A stretch of DNA of 64,000 bases. It comes from Escherichia coli (lineage in GTDB: Bacteria; Pseudomonadota; Gammaproteobacteria; Enterobacterales; Enterobacteriaceae). Within the stretch, counting starts at the first letter, position 1. Each line of letters starts with the position of its first letter. The DNA lies in assembly GCF_001677475.2 (NCBI RefSeq), contig NZ_CP015229.1, one strand, 5' to 3'. Both the position numbers and the translations under genes were made by a program. Of the stretch, positions 1 to 14,720 are shown in pieces. Under the pieces are notes generated by a model. The model did no database searches, was not told where the DNA came from, and worked only from the letters and a program-made list of their open reading frames with translations.

Positions 1-454
1 ACTGTCCCTTAGCAGCAAACTCCACCGGGTAATTCACCGAATGACTGTCCTGAGTCAGACGTCCGCGATAATCAGCCTGAACATCCACTGCCCGCACATC
101 CACGCGAATACCATCACCGGCACCGCGGGTGACCACACCTCCCGCGTCCAGTTGGCCCGGGTTACCAAAATCCAAGGTGGCGACCTGCCCAGCCTTAAAG
201 GCTGAGCAGCCCTGAACCGAGGCGCCGGACTCATACAGACGCACCGTGAAGTCACGCGGCGGTACAGACGCCCCCGTGGACTTGCGGTAAGTCCCGAATG
301 TCAGCCGGCCACTGTTGCCGGTGCTGTCCGCATCCACCACCACATGACAGGCTGAGGCCACCACGTCAGCACTGAATACGGTTTTCTGAACAGTGGCGTG
401 AGAAACCCCGCCCCCTGCCAGAAGCAGAAGTACTGAAAGCGATAAATTTTTCAT
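1..454 (-). CDS. Fimbrial/pilin-like secreted protein, N-terminal part only (gene runs off the left edge)
   Basis: Manual reverse translation from ATG at 452-454 gives [20 protein letters not shown] (signal-peptide-like) followed by about 130 codons with no stop and two Cys about 47 residues apart; lies directly downstream of a PapB-family regulator on the same strand. Confidence 0.45.
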   Translation of the reverse strand, partial: MKNLSLSVLLLLAGGGVSHATVQKTVFSADVVASACHVVVDADSTGNSGRLTFGTYRKSTGASVPPRDFTVRLYESGASVQGCSAFKAGQVATLDFGNPGQLDAGGVVTRGAGDGIRVDVRAVDVQADYRGRLTQDSHSVNYPVEFAAKGQ

Positions 455-461
455 GCAACTG

Positions 462-761
462 TTATCCCGTATATGGAATACTGGCTTCTGATATATAAAA
501 AGGAACCAGCCTGTTTACCGCCTGATGGGTACGCTGAATACGCCCGAGAGCACCAGAGAAATATCCCTGAGAAACCTCATGTCGTTCACAGGCCTCCCTT
601 CGGGTATAACCCAGAACCAGAAAATCCCTCAGCGCATTAAGAACCTTTTCACTGTGAACCGGAGATATTTCAGCTAATAACCAGAACTGGCTCTCTGACA
701 TTTTTCCGGGCGACAAAGTACGCCCGTGCTTCTTGCTCAGGTACAGGTCACTGCTGTTCAT
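462..761 (-). CDS. PapB-family fimbrial operon transcriptional regulator
   Basis: 99-aa ORF; core [55 protein letters not shown] parallels the PapB/SfaB/DaaA family as recalled; same strand and immediately upstream of the pilin-like gene. Confidence 0.7.
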   Translation of the reverse strand: MNSSDLYLSKKHGRTLSPGKMSESQFWLLAEISPVHSEKVLNALRDFLVLGYTRREACERHEVSQGYFSGALGRIQRTHQAVNRLVPFYISEASIPYTG

Positions 762-1332
762 TTACATCTATTCCAGAAACATAACCAGACAAAAAGACGA
801 CATAAATCCGGATAACAAAAACGTATTCACTCTGCTGCCGTCCTGTTTTCTGCGGCGAAGACTATCATGGTGTTTTATAGCGAAAAACACTAATTTCACG
901 ATCTTTATAACTAAAATAAAGAACAACAACAGCACAAACAGCCAAACAAAAACCAAAGACACAGAACAAACAACCAAAAACAAACAAAAATACAGATAAA
1001 AAGATCGTCGTTTTTGTGAGCATCAATATTGAATTCTGAACGAACTTTTTATGTTAATTTGGATTTTCATCAAAAAACAGATCATGTTTTTCATATAAAA
1101 AATGAATTTAGAATCACAGGAAATATTAAAGTGGGAAATTAAAATAACAGAAGGAAATATACGCATAATCATCTGCAGGTTAATAACGTAATCAATAACC
1201 AGAAACATTGTAAAAAACATGTTATGTGGTTGATTTTTTATGTGTTTTATAAGAATCAAAAGTGGGCGTGGAGGAGGAAGTCAGAGGCAGGTTATAATAA
1301 AGTGAATATTACAGATAAGGATGTAAACAGAA
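762..1332. promoter_or_regulatory. Divergent papI/papB-type intergenic control region with three GATC sites
   Basis: AT-rich 570 bp between divergent PapB-like and PapI-like genes; GATC at 900-903 (CGATCTTTAT), 1003-1006 (AAAGATCGTC) and 1080-1083; first two are 103 bp apart. Confidence 0.45.
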
Positions 1333-1539
1333 ATGAAGAAAACGCAGATACTGTCTTTTATTCAGGAGATAAACATGCCATGCAGAACGACTGATATTTC
1401 TTCACATTTTGACATGAGCACTTATCAGGCCCGCCATTACCTTATGTGTCTTGAAAAAGAGGGAAAAATAAGACGTACACCTCTTCGTCGTGGTGCCCGT
1501 ACTTTATGGGAGGTGGTCAGAGAAACAGAAAAGCATTAA
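1333..1539 (+). CDS. PapI/FaeA-family regulator
   Basis: 68-aa ORF with YQARHYLMCLEKEGKIRRTPLRRGARTLW, matching the PapI-family winged-helix core as recalled; divergent from the PapB-like gene. Confidence 0.7.
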   Translation: MKKTQILSFIQEINMPCRTTDISSHFDMSTYQARHYLMCLEKEGKIRRTPLRRGARTLWEVVRETEKH

Positions 1540-1809
1540 TAAAAAAATATGCATTTTTTCAGCATAAAATTAACTCATTCTTCTACTGAGATATAACCAT
1601 GATTTAACAACCAAGAACTTATATTGTTACTTTACGGCGTTATCTGAAATGTTGCCTAATCAAGAGTCTTTTTATACCACTCTCAGATACAGATTACTGA
1701 TGCGATATCCTGCACAGCCTGATTTTTGTCACAAAAGTTACGAAAATGAGTCTTCCACAACCTGGGGAGAAGAAAATGGATGAAACAAATATATAAGCTG
1801 TTTTAAGTT

Positions 1810-2139
1810 ATGGGCAACGTAATGCACTCTCTTAAGACACTTCTACAGTTACCTTGCGGATGGCGATGCAGTCGACAAATTATTAGCTCTGACGGTATAA
1901 CCCTCCATCTCCGCGGGAAACGCAAAACAGCACAATGCCCTGAATGCCTTAAATGCAGCGACTCTGTTCATAGTTGTCGTCAGCGCCGGATACAGCATTT
2001 ACCCTGCTCAGGGCAGACACTATGGCTTGTATTTTCCGTCCGCCACTGGTACTGCCGTAACCCTGCTTGTTCACGAAAAATTTTTGCCGGGTCGCTTGCT
2101 CCCTTCGCCGGTTCACACCTGCATATGAGACGACAATAA
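1810..2139 (+). pseudogene. ISL3-family transposase, N-terminal zinc-finger fragment
   Basis: 109-aa ORF rich in spaced Cys/His (CPECLKC...HSC...C) typical of the ISL3 N-terminal zinc-binding region; reading frame ends just before the IS21-family element. Confidence 0.5.
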
Positions 2140-2216
2140 CTCAGTCCGCCTGGCGCCGATTATTCTGGCCGGTTTTGTAACCTGAGTGTCATTTACATGA
2201 TCCAACAGGAAATGGC

Positions 2217-3716
2217 GTGACGCTCAATACTTCTCAGGTCAGTTACTATATGACTCAGCGTAAGAAAGGTATAACTCAGCATATCTCGGCCATGAAGGCT
2301 GGTATCTCAGTCCGTTCTGGTCGTCGGATCGAAAAAGGAGAGTGGGCAAAAAACAGTGTTCGGCACTGGCGCACACGCAAAGATCCTCTGGAAGCTGTGT
2401 GGGACAGCATGCTTGTTCCTCTGTTGAAAGAGAGGCCGGCTCTGACACCAACAACTCTACTGGAGATGCTACAGGATAAATATCCCGGCCAGTACCCCAA
2501 CAGCCTTCGAAGAACAATGCAACGGCGGGTTCGCGAATGGAAACTACAGTATGGTACAGAGCAGGAGGTCATGTTCCGCCAGCAACATCAGCCCGGCCTG
2601 CGAGGCCTGTCGGACTTTACTGAACTGAAAGGTGTAGTTGTCACCATCGCCGGTAAGTTGTTGGCGCATAAGTTGTATCACTTCCGTCTGGAATGGAGCC
2701 ACTGGAGCTGGATGCGGGTTGTTCTGGGTGGTGAGAGCTTCTCTGCTCTGGCTGAAGGCCTGCAGGAAGCCCTCGGACAACTGGGCGGAGTGCCGGTAGA
2801 ACATAAAACGGACAGCCTGAGGGCAGCATGGAAACAACAGGGCGAAGATGGACGCCGCGAGCTGACTGAGCGTTATGCTACTCTCTGTCAGCACTACGGA
2901 ATGCAGGGCGTACACAATAATGCCGGTCGGGGCCACGAAAATGGCTCGGTTGAAAGTGCCCACGGACATCTGAAAAGGCGTATCTGTCAGGCGCTGATAC
3001 TGCGGGGCAGTAACGACTTCAGCACCATAGAAGAATATCAGGCCTTCATCACTCAGCAGGTTATGCGGCACAACCGTAACAATCAGGATCTGGTCAAGGA
3101 AGAACGTCTTCATCTGAAACCGCTGCCGCTTCGTCGCAGTGCTGACTATGATGAGCTGACTGTGAGGGTTAGTCGCAGCAGTACCATCAATGTGAAGCAC
3201 GTCGTCTACAGCGTACCTTCCCGGCTTGTAGGTCAACTGTTACGGGTCAGGTTATGGGACGATCGTCTGAGCTGTTACGTTGGCAGCAGCGAGGTCATGA
3301 GCTGCCCTCGCGTCAGACCAGAAAAAGGGAAGACGCGGGCCCGTCGTATCGACTTCCGACATGTGATCGACAGTCTGGCAAAAAAGCCCGGTGCGTTCTG
3401 CCATGCAACGCTGAGAAATGACATCCTGCCGGACGATGAATGGCGGAGGCTGTGGCGTCGCTTATGTAATCATCTGGAGCCCGATATGGCAGGAAGGCTG
3501 ATGGTACATGCCCTGAAACTGGCTGCAGGATACGACGATATCTCAGTCGTGGCAAAAGGTATGGAGCAGATGCTGAATACCCCGGGAAACGTGGATCTGC
3601 ACCGGCTGATGCGCTTCCTGGGTATAAAAGAAAAGGCGTTGCCGGTAGTCAATGTGATACAGCATAACCTGAGCAGTTATGAGCAACTACTGCGTGGCAA
3701 GGGAGGTTCGCAGTGA
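2217..3716 (+). CDS. istA: IS21-family transposase IstA
   Basis: 499-aa ORF immediately upstream of, and overlapping, an IstB ATPase gene; size and arrangement fit IS21-family IstA. True start may be internal. Confidence 0.7.
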   Translation: MTLNTSQVSYYMTQRKKGITQHISAMKAGISVRSGRRIEKGEWAKNSVRHWRTRKDPLEAVWDSMLVPLLKERPALTPTTLLEMLQDKYPGQYPNSLRRTMQRRVREWKLQYGTEQEVMFRQQHQPGLRGLSDFTELKGVVVTIAGKLLAHKLYHFRLEWSHWSWMRVVLGGESFSALAEGLQEALGQLGGVPVEHKTDSLRAAWKQQGEDGRRELTERYATLCQHYGMQGVHNNAGRGHENGSVESAHGHLKRRICQALILRGSNDFSTIEEYQAFITQQVMRHNRNNQDLVKEERLHLKPLPLRRSADYDELTVRVSRSSTINVKHVVYSVPSRLVGQLLRVRLWDDRLSCYVGSSEVMSCPRVRPEKGKTRARRIDFRHVIDSLAKKPGAFCHATLRNDILPDDEWRRLWRRLCNHLEPDMAGRLMVHALKLAAGYDDISVVAKGMEQMLNTPGNVDLHRLMRFLGIKEKALPVVNVIQHNLSSYEQLLRGKGGSQ

Positions 3717-4468
3717 GCAATATCCATCACCTTGAACATAGCCTGCGTAAACTACGCCTGACACGAGTTGGAGCTGAATGGCACGCTCTGGAAAAACGAG
3801 CGCTGGCAGAAGGCTGGACACCATCGCGCTATCTTCTGACGCTATGCAATGAAGAACTCCTGTGGCGCGAGAGTGAAAAACTGCGTCGTTATAAAAAGGA
3901 GGCCCGGTTGCCAGTTGCCAAAACGCTGAGCGAATACGACTTCAGTCAGGTGCCGGAACTGAATGGAGCTCAGTTCCGGCAACTCTGTGAAACGACAGAC
4001 TGGGTTGATGCAGGAGAAAACGTTCTGCTGTTCGGAGCCAGCGGGTTGGGGAAAAGCCATCTGGCGGCAGCGATCGTGGATGGCGTAGTAGGTCAGGGCT
4101 ACCGGGCCCGGTTCTACAGCGCAGGAGAGCTGTTGCAGGAACTACGTAAAGCCAGAGCTCAGTTGAAACTGAATGAGCTGCTACTGAAACTGGATCGCTA
4201 CCGGGTGATAGTGGTGGATGATCTTGGCTATGTCAAACGCGATAGTGCCGAAACGGGTGTGCTGTTCGAGTTAATAGCGCATCGCTATGAACGTGGGAGC
4301 CTGGTGATAACCAGTAACCATCCGTTCAGCATGTGGGGCAGCATCTTCGTGGATGAGACTATGGCGGTGGCTGCGGCAGACAGGCTGCTCCATCACGGAT
4401 ATATGTTCGAACTGAAAGGGGAAAGCTACAGGAAAAAGACAGCGAAGGCAGTAACAAGCGCGACTTGA
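3713..4468 (+). CDS. istB: IS21-family helper ATPase IstB
   Basis: 251 aa with Walker A GASGLGKSHLA and Walker B VIVVDDLGY; start overlaps istA stop. Confidence 0.85.
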   Translation: MSNIHHLEHSLRKLRLTRVGAEWHALEKRALAEGWTPSRYLLTLCNEELLWRESEKLRRYKKEARLPVAKTLSEYDFSQVPELNGAQFRQLCETTDWVDAGENVLLFGASGLGKSHLAAAIVDGVVGQGYRARFYSAGELLQELRKARAQLKLNELLLKLDRYRVIVVDDLGYVKRDSAETGVLFELIAHRYERGSLVITSNHPFSMWGSIFVDETMAVAAADRLLHHGYMFELKGESYRKKTAKAVTSAT

Positions 4469-4621
4469 TGTCGCCCTGAAGGGTGCGGCCAGTATAGTTG
4501 GCGCGAGTCGGCAAAACTAGTTGACGTCTAATACCTGCAGTCTTCACAGGCGTTACAAAATTTACAACGTCAACTGGGATTAATAGCCGGAGGTGAGGCT
4601 GGAAAACGGGCTGCAACGGCA

Positions 4622-5482
4622 GTGGGTCTCCGTTGCAGTGCAGATACTCATCTTCGCAGGGTTATCAATACCCCAGAGACGAAACTGTCAGGCTCATCCC
4701 ATGTCGGTATTGATGAGTGGGCGTGGCATCGGGGCCACCGTTACGGTACGTTAATCGTCAATCTTGATACTCACCGTCCCCTCGTCCTGCTTCCCGGCCG
4801 TGATCAGCGTACGCTGGCGACCTGGTTCAGAAAATATCCGGAAATACAGGTTGTCTCACGTGATCGCAGTGGAGTCTATACGACAACAGCACGTGTAGGT
4901 GCACCTCAGGCCAGACAGGTGGCCGATCGATGGCACCTGCTAAAAAATATTGGCGATGCGCCTGAACAAATGATGTACAGACATATACCTCAGATACGTC
5001 TTGTTGCCAGTGAGTTGTCACCAAAGAAATCACCTGATCCAGAACCATCTGTGCCTGCAGCATCGCTCCGTCGTCCGGAACACCTAAAACAGCAAACCCG
5101 CAAAAAACGGCATCAGCATTGGACAGAGGTTATGGCCCTGCATAACAAGGGATGTAGTTTCAGGGAAATATCCCGTATTACAGGCCTGTCGCGTGTGACA
5201 GTCAGTCGCTGGGTACGTTCAGGAACATTCCCTGAAATGTCAACCCGACCTCCAAAGCGAGGGCTTCTGGAACCATGGCGGGAGTGGTTAAAAGAGCAAC
5301 GAGAAAGTGGTAATTATAACGCCAGCCAGATATGGCGGGAAATGGTGGCCCGGGAGTTTACAGGCAGTGAAACCATTGTCAGGGATGCTGTTGCCAAATG
5401 GCGTAAAGGCTGGATCCCACCGGTTACTACTGCCGTCAGACTTCCTTCAGTGTCCCGGGTAAGCCGCTGGTTGATGCCCTAG
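4622..5482 (+). pseudogene. ISL3-family transposase, catalytic-core fragment (continuation of the 1810-2139 fragment)
   Basis: HVGIDEWAWHRGHRYGTLIVNLDTHRPLVLLPGRDQRTL...VVSRDRSGVY...ADRWHLLKN fits the ISL3 DDE-domain pattern as recalled; further C-terminal fragment in another frame at 5531-5683. Confidence 0.6.
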
Positions 5483-5583
5483 AGAATAATCAGGGATGAA
5501 GAAAATTATGCTTCCTGATTTATTAGTCTGATGTGTGAAAAAGAACCTGAGCTGAAAATAGCGCAGCAACTGGCACTCGAGTT

Positions 5584-8845
<3,262 letters not shown>

Positions 8846-8903
8846 ATTTGTGTAATTGCCTGATTTTGATATGTTCAATCCAGCATCAAATGAAGGTTAA
8901 TTT

Positions 8904-10101
8904 ATGGCCGAAAAACAGTTACAGACTCTGGCTAACGAACTGGCCAAAAACCTCAAAACCCCTGAAGACCTCAGTCAGTTTGATCGGCTGCTGAAGAAGC
9001 TCAGCGTTGAAGCCGCTCTCAATGCAGAATCTTGGGTATGAGAAAAATCAGTCCAGACCAGGAGCTAACTCCCGCAACGGTTATTCCACAAAGACCGTTA
9101 TCACAAGCGACGGTCCACTGGAACTGCGTACTCCGCGCGATCGTGAAGCTACCTTCGAACCACAACTGGTAAAGAAAAATCAGACCCGTATTACCGGGAT
9201 GGATAACCAGATCCTCTCGTTGTATGCCAAAGGGATGACCACCCGTGAGATAGCTGCTGCGTTCAAAGAACTGTATGACGCAGATGTTTCACCGGCACTG
9301 ATATCAAAGGTCACCGATGCCGTGATGGAGCAGGTTGTAGAATGGCAAAACCGACCACTGGATGCTGTTTACCCCATTGTTTATCTTGACTGTATCGTCC
9401 TGAAAGTTCGGCAGGACAGTCGCGTCATCAACAAATCGGTGTTCCTGGCACTGGGCATCAATATCGAAGGTCAGAAAGAACTGCCAGGTATGTGGCTGGC
9501 CGAAAATGAAGGGGAGAAGTTCTGGCTCAATGTGCTGACTGAACTGAAAAACCGCGGTCTGAACGATATCCTCATCGCCTGTGTGGATGGCCTGAAAGGC
9601 TTCCCGGATGCCATCAACACAGTATATCCGAAGGCCTGCATCCAGTTATGCATCGTGCATATGGTGCGCAACAGCCTGCGCTTCGTGTCATGGAAGGACT
9701 ACAAAGCCGTCACTCGCGACCTGAAAGCGATTTATCAGGCTCCCACGGAAGAGGCAGGTCAGCAGGCACTGGAAGCGTTCGCTGCGGCCTGGGACAGTCG
9801 CTATCCTCAGATAAGCCGAAGCTGGCAGGCTAACTGGCCGAATCTTGCCACGTTCTTCGCTTATCCAACGGACATCCGCAAAGTGATCTATACGACGAAT
9901 GCCATCGAGTCGCTAAACAGCGTGATCCGCCATGCGATCAAAAAGCGTAAAGTGTTCCCGACAGACGACTCGGTGAAAAAAGTGGTGTGGCTGGCAATCC
10001 AGTCTGCGTCCCAGAAATGGACGATGCCGTTGAAGGACTGGCGAATGGCAATGAGCCGCTTTATTATCGAGTTCGGTGACCGCCTGGACGGTCACTTCTG
10101 A
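8904..10101 (+). pseudogene. IS256-family (mutator-type) transposase, frameshifted near 9030
   Basis: N-terminus MAEKQLQTLANELAKNLKTPEDLSQFDRLLKKLSVEAALNAE in one frame stops near 9040; remainder (GYSTKTVITSDGPLELRTPRDREATFEPQLVKKNQTRITGMDNQILSLYAKGMTTREI...) continues in the 9007-10101 frame. Confidence 0.65.
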
Positions 10102-10181
10102 GAAAAGGCATTTACACAGAATCCTAAACAGGCTCTCCATTCCGGGAACGGCATCACCGCAAACTGCGCCGGAGGCAACCA

Positions 10182-10616
10182 TTACAGCCTCTGTAACGGA
10201 TTATCAGTTCCGATATTTTCCGGCGGCGCCTTCTGCCGCTCGCCCTCTCTGCTGTATACCCCGGTACCGCAGCGTGGGCAGCACTTTTCCCCCTCATAAT
10301 TTTCGTCACACATCAGACAAAACCACTTTCTCACCTTCACCGTATAATCCGGAACCGTCATGCCTTGCAGATGCAAACGACGGGCCTCTTTCTCTGCCGG
10401 GTCAAGCCAGGTGCATCGCAGCAGGATTTTCGCAGCAACAGTCATCTGGTCATGTTCAAACCACGGCGGTTGTCCGTCATTGCCCCGCTTAAGTGTTAAC
10501 GGACAACCACAGGACACACAGCACAAAACGTCCTGGCGGTTGTGCTTCGCGGCTTCTTTCGCCGTAACAAAATGGCCCTTGCTGTCATTCGCCATATAGC
10601 AGTTCAGAATTCGCAT
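10182..10616 (-). CDS. Cys-rich zinc-ribbon-like hypothetical protein (PWFEH motif)
   Basis: 144 aa; CCVSCGC...PPWFEH and C-terminal CLMCDENYEGEKCCPRCGTG; paralog of the 11562-11969 ORF. Confidence 0.5.
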   Translation of the reverse strand: MRILNCYMANDSKGHFVTAKEAAKHNRQDVLCCVSCGCPLTLKRGNDGQPPWFEHDQMTVAAKILLRCTWLDPAEKEARRLHLQGMTVPDYTVKVRKWFCLMCDENYEGEKCCPRCGTGVYSREGERQKAPPENIGTDNPLQRL

Positions 10617-10801
10617 ATCTCCTCCTTGTATCTTGACAATTGGTTAAAATAACTATGATTAGATTTGGCAAAGTGTATGTAGTCCGATCCCTCAAGGGAT
10701 TCATAGCCCGTAGCTCAGCGAATGGCGCATACACTGAGCCACTCATCTGAAACCCGAACAGTTGTCAGTACGCCATAACGCATTTGCAAGGATGGGTAAT
10801 C

Positions 10802-11549
<748 letters not shown>

Positions 11550-11561
11550 TAATTTTTACGT

Positions 11562-11969
11562 TCAAGACAGTTGCTGAGCTGTCCGGGGAAGACTGAAACC
11601 TCCGGTCTGGCAGTGTGTGCAGTACCGCTCCCCATAATAATCGTGGTGACATTGTCTGCAGTGCCAGCTGGCTTTACGCACCACGGGTAAGGCATCCGGT
11701 ACGAATTGCTGCAGACGTTTAATCAACCGTATTTCTCTGCGCTCTGGCCTGACATAAGGGCACTGTTGACCGTGCTCTGTCAGCCCGTCGTCAGTGTGTT
11801 CAAACCAGGGACGTTCAGTGTCGTATTGCGGGTGATATCTGAGCGAACTGCCACAAAGATGACAGGTATAACGATCATATGGCGCAGTCTGTGCGGTACG
11901 GGCACCGGTCAGACGTCCGTTGCCATCAAATGCAATAAAGGATTTTGCGTACATAATCATACTCCTCAA
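11562..11969 (-). CDS. Cys-rich zinc-ribbon-like hypothetical protein (PWFEH motif), paralog of 10182-10616
   Basis: 135 aa; CHLCGSS...RPWFEH and C-terminal WHCRQCHHDYYGERYCTHCQTGG; same Cys spacing as the paralog. Confidence 0.5.
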   Translation of the reverse strand: MRSMIMYAKSFIAFDGNGRLTGARTAQTAPYDRYTCHLCGSSLRYHPQYDTERPWFEHTDDGLTEHGQQCPYVRPERREIRLIKRLQQFVPDALPVVRKASWHCRQCHHDYYGERYCTHCQTGGFSLPRTAQQLS

Positions 11970-12214
11970 CCGCCAGACGACACGCAGGCGTCAGCCGTCC
12001 CGGTACGGGCTGCGTGGTCAGAGTGTGAATGGCGGTTCAGTTAAAATCTGGATCCGGGGTTGGGTAAAGCAGGCTGGTTGTTGTTACAGCACTGTGGTTG
12101 TCACACAATGGCGCTCTGGCGTAAAAAACAACCAGTGGGAGAAAAGGTACATCGTTGCAGCCAGACAACAGTCCATTGTTTTGGTTTTACTGAATACTGG
12201 TGCGCCAGTCGTAC

Positions 12215-12820
12215 TCAATTCCGGCTACAGCCAAAATTACGCTCACCGGTACCGTTGACTTTGGTATACTCTTTCGCGAGATAGTCAGCACGGTTCAGCA
12301 TATCCCGTAAACCAGCATCATCATCGCGTTCCAGCCACACCACCGGCCTGGACGGAAAATTCGCCAGTGTGGCATAGCATCCGGCATCCACCCCCAGGGC
12401 ACTGCACCACGCCTGTTTAATCATCCCGGCCAGTGACCCCGGATCGCGGTAATCGCCCGCACCACACCAGGTATCACGGTTGACCAGCAGTATCAGGTGA
12501 TAGTGTTTTTTACCTTTGTTCTCCCCGAACTCCCGGGCCCAGACGTAATGCAGCCTTGTGGTATGTACGCGTTTACCTTCACGGCGCTTACGCTTCTGGT
12601 AAGCGTCGATTCGGGCTTTCAGGGCATTGATGAAGCGGGATATTACAGCCGCGTCCGTTGCTGCCGGTACATCCGGGAGACGCAGATCAACCCGCAATGC
12701 CGTCAGACGGGGATGAACATCCAGTGCGTGCAGCACCGTCTCACGGATACGTTGTTGCCAGAAGGGGTTGTATTTGTAGGTCATGGTTAAATCTCCGTAT
12801 GTTTCATACGGAATAGCCAC
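12215..12820 (-). CDS. YagK/YfjJ-like (inovirus Gp2-type) cryptic-prophage protein
   Basis: 201-aa ORF; MTYKYNPFWQQRI... start region and overall composition resemble the YagK/YfjJ family as recalled; likely start at the internal Met (12784). Confidence 0.5.
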   Translation of the reverse strand: MAIPYETYGDLTMTYKYNPFWQQRIRETVLHALDVHPRLTALRVDLRLPDVPAATDAAVISRFINALKARIDAYQKRKRREGKRVHTTRLHYVWAREFGENKGKKHYHLILLVNRDTWCGAGDYRDPGSLAGMIKQAWCSALGVDAGCYATLANFPSRPVVWLERDDDAGLRDMLNRADYLAKEYTKVNGTGERNFGCSRN

Positions 12821-12983
12821 GTCGTAAAAAATGCGCAGAGCCCCTGAGGTGACCTCCGGCAGGACACTGTCTCAGGCCCTCTGTGATAACCCGAACGGTC
12901 GTCTCCGGACTGACGGTTGAATTTTCAGCGTTGTTTTTTTAATGTAAAAAACCGGTTACGGGTAAGGCTGTGAGGAGGGAGTT

Positions 12984-13184
12984 ATGGTGATACGCAAAAA
13001 GAAGTGCAGGGACTGTGGAAACGCGATTACTCATAATACAGTGTGTTGCCCGTATTGTGGTTCTGTCGACCCCTTCGGCTATTACCGGAATACAGACCGT
13101 ATCGTTACCATACTGCTGGCACTGATTATTGTGGTCCTGCTGACTACTGTCAGCGTCAGTGTGTATATACTGTGTAGCTGGTGA
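12984..13184 (+). CDS. Small zinc-ribbon plus single-transmembrane hypothetical protein
   Basis: 66 aa; CRDCGN...CCPYCGS followed by hydrophobic IVTILLALIIVVLLTTVSVSVYIL. Confidence 0.3.
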   Translation: MVIRKKKCRDCGNAITHNTVCCPYCGSVDPFGYYRNTDRIVTILLALIIVVLLTTVSVSVYILCSW

Positions 13185-14240
13185 GATAACGGTTCATGTA
13201 TCCCCTGAGCTGACAGTGTACCGGGTATATTAAGCGTAACCGACAGGTTCTCCTTCATACCATATTAAATTTTTCCAGGTATTGCCGCTGCCTTATTTCG
13301 TCCCATACAGGAAAACTCGTCTGGGTTTCTGACAAATACGTGAAACTCACAGCCCCTCAATATCAACCACACGCTGTAAGCCGGTAATACCTGAAAATCA
13401 GCCTATTACCGCCCACGCCTCCGGTACCATTCCCTTTTGATTTCGAATTCTTTGTTGTCGCTATACCGCGTAACATCACCGATACCACACACCGGCACAG
13501 ATAACACCGGACTTATCGTAGCGCTGCTTCAATATTCAGGTGACATATTTCCAGACGGAAGCCGGCACGCGATCGTAAAATTTGCGGTCAGTTCTGCCAG
13601 CCGGTTGTCAACGGCAGAGTTAAAGGCTTCCAGCTCCGCAAGGGTAAGTTTATAACGCGTGTAGGAATTCACTTTTCCCGCGTCTCCTGACGTATTACGG
13701 GCTGCCACTTACCTGGTGTCCCGCAATACAGCCTTAGTGTTCCGTTATCGGGGATCCAGACGCACCGCAACAACCGGGGAAGTATTTTTGGTTAGAGCAG
13801 TGTCAAGAGGGATTTCTCAGCCCCTCACTCACCGGCTCAGTTTCAGGGCAGGAGCATTAATACGCTCAGTTCATGTCTTATACAGGAATGGGCACAGGGG
13901 GAGCTGGCGTGTCACTGCTGATTTTACGCATCAGCGTTCATGTATCTGCACTCTGATACAGAATGCTTCACAGCGCTCTGTTACCGGAGAGATTTACTAT
14001 CTTAGGTTATTCTGGCAAATCCTTTACGTTACTCTCTGATGACTTCTTATATTCATAATACCAATCAGACAACCTTATCCCATCGGTGATATCAGTCTCC
14101 TGCTCGCCAGGAACGGGCTGACTCACTGTAACCACCTCCGAAAACAACTCTGCAATTATCAGAACGCCTGCTTCTCTCCCTGTCCTCACGAAAACTATCC
14201 CCTCTTTATCGCGCGTGCGTGCGGAAGCATCTTTTCGCAA

Positions 14241-14256
14241 CCCCCCCCCCCCCCCC
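14241..14256. repeat. Homopolymeric C16 tract
   Basis: Direct read: gcaa-cccccccccccccccc-ggga at 14241-14256. Confidence 0.85.
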
Positions 14257-14420
14257 GGGATTCCGCTACGGCTCTGCCATCGCAATCCCCCCGTTTATCT
14301 CCGGACAGCCAGATTCCCGATTATTTTTTACGTTTCTCCCCGGTTGTTATGCCGGTGAAGGTGGCGCGCTGTTTTCATGACCACACCGGCTGGTTTAACA
14401 ACATCCGGAGGAACATTCTC

Positions 14421-14627
14421 ATGGCTACCCCAGTTTCGCTGATGGATGACCAGATGGTCGACATGACGTTTATCACTCAACTGACCGGCTTAACCGATAA
14501 GTGGTTTTACAAACTCATCAAAGATGGGGCCTTTCCTGCCCCCATCAAACTGGGTCGCAGTTCCCGCTGGCTGAAAAGCGAAGTGGAAGCCTGGCTGCAG
14601 GCGCGGATTGCTCAGTCCCGTCCGTAA
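14421..14627 (+). CDS. AlpA-family phage-type transcriptional regulator
   Basis: 68 aa from ATG at 14421 with GGAGG 9 nt upstream; FITQLTGLTDKWFYKLIKDGAFPAPIKLGRSSRWLKSEVEAWL matches the AlpA HTH pattern. Confidence 0.65.
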   Translation: MATPVSLMDDQMVDMTFITQLTGLTDKWFYKLIKDGAFPAPIKLGRSSRWLKSEVEAWLQARIAQSRP

Positions 14628-14720
14628 TTTTTAACCACTAACCCTTCGCCCAAAGCAGACGCAATCTCCGGCCTGCCGGCGGCGCTCTGCTGCCTGTTAT
14701 CCCCCGTGAGGAATATGAAA

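Larger units (their letters stand above)
2175..4560 (+). mobile_element. IS21-family insertion sequence (istA-istB), apparently intact, inserted into an ISL3 transposase gene
   Basis: Intact-looking istA and istB with 4-nt overlap; imperfect terminal inverted repeats containing TTTTGTAAC near 2173-2190 and (reverse complement) 4545-4560; ISL3 transposase fragments on both flanks. Boundaries approximate. Confidence 0.55.

Noticed and set aside
733-999. Overlapping 88-aa (+) and 71-aa (-) ORFs in the AT-rich pap-like intergenic region
   Set aside because: Low-complexity Lys/Asn/Thr- or Phe/Leu-rich translations from A/T runs; region is better explained as the regulatory switch.
2544-3236. 230-aa minus-strand ORF inside istA
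   Set aside because: Antisense to the IS21-family istA reading frame; no support.
14007-14285. 92-aa minus-strand ORF spanning the poly-C tract
   Set aside because: Would encode a poly-Gly run from the homopolymer; no start context; considered an artefact of the tract.
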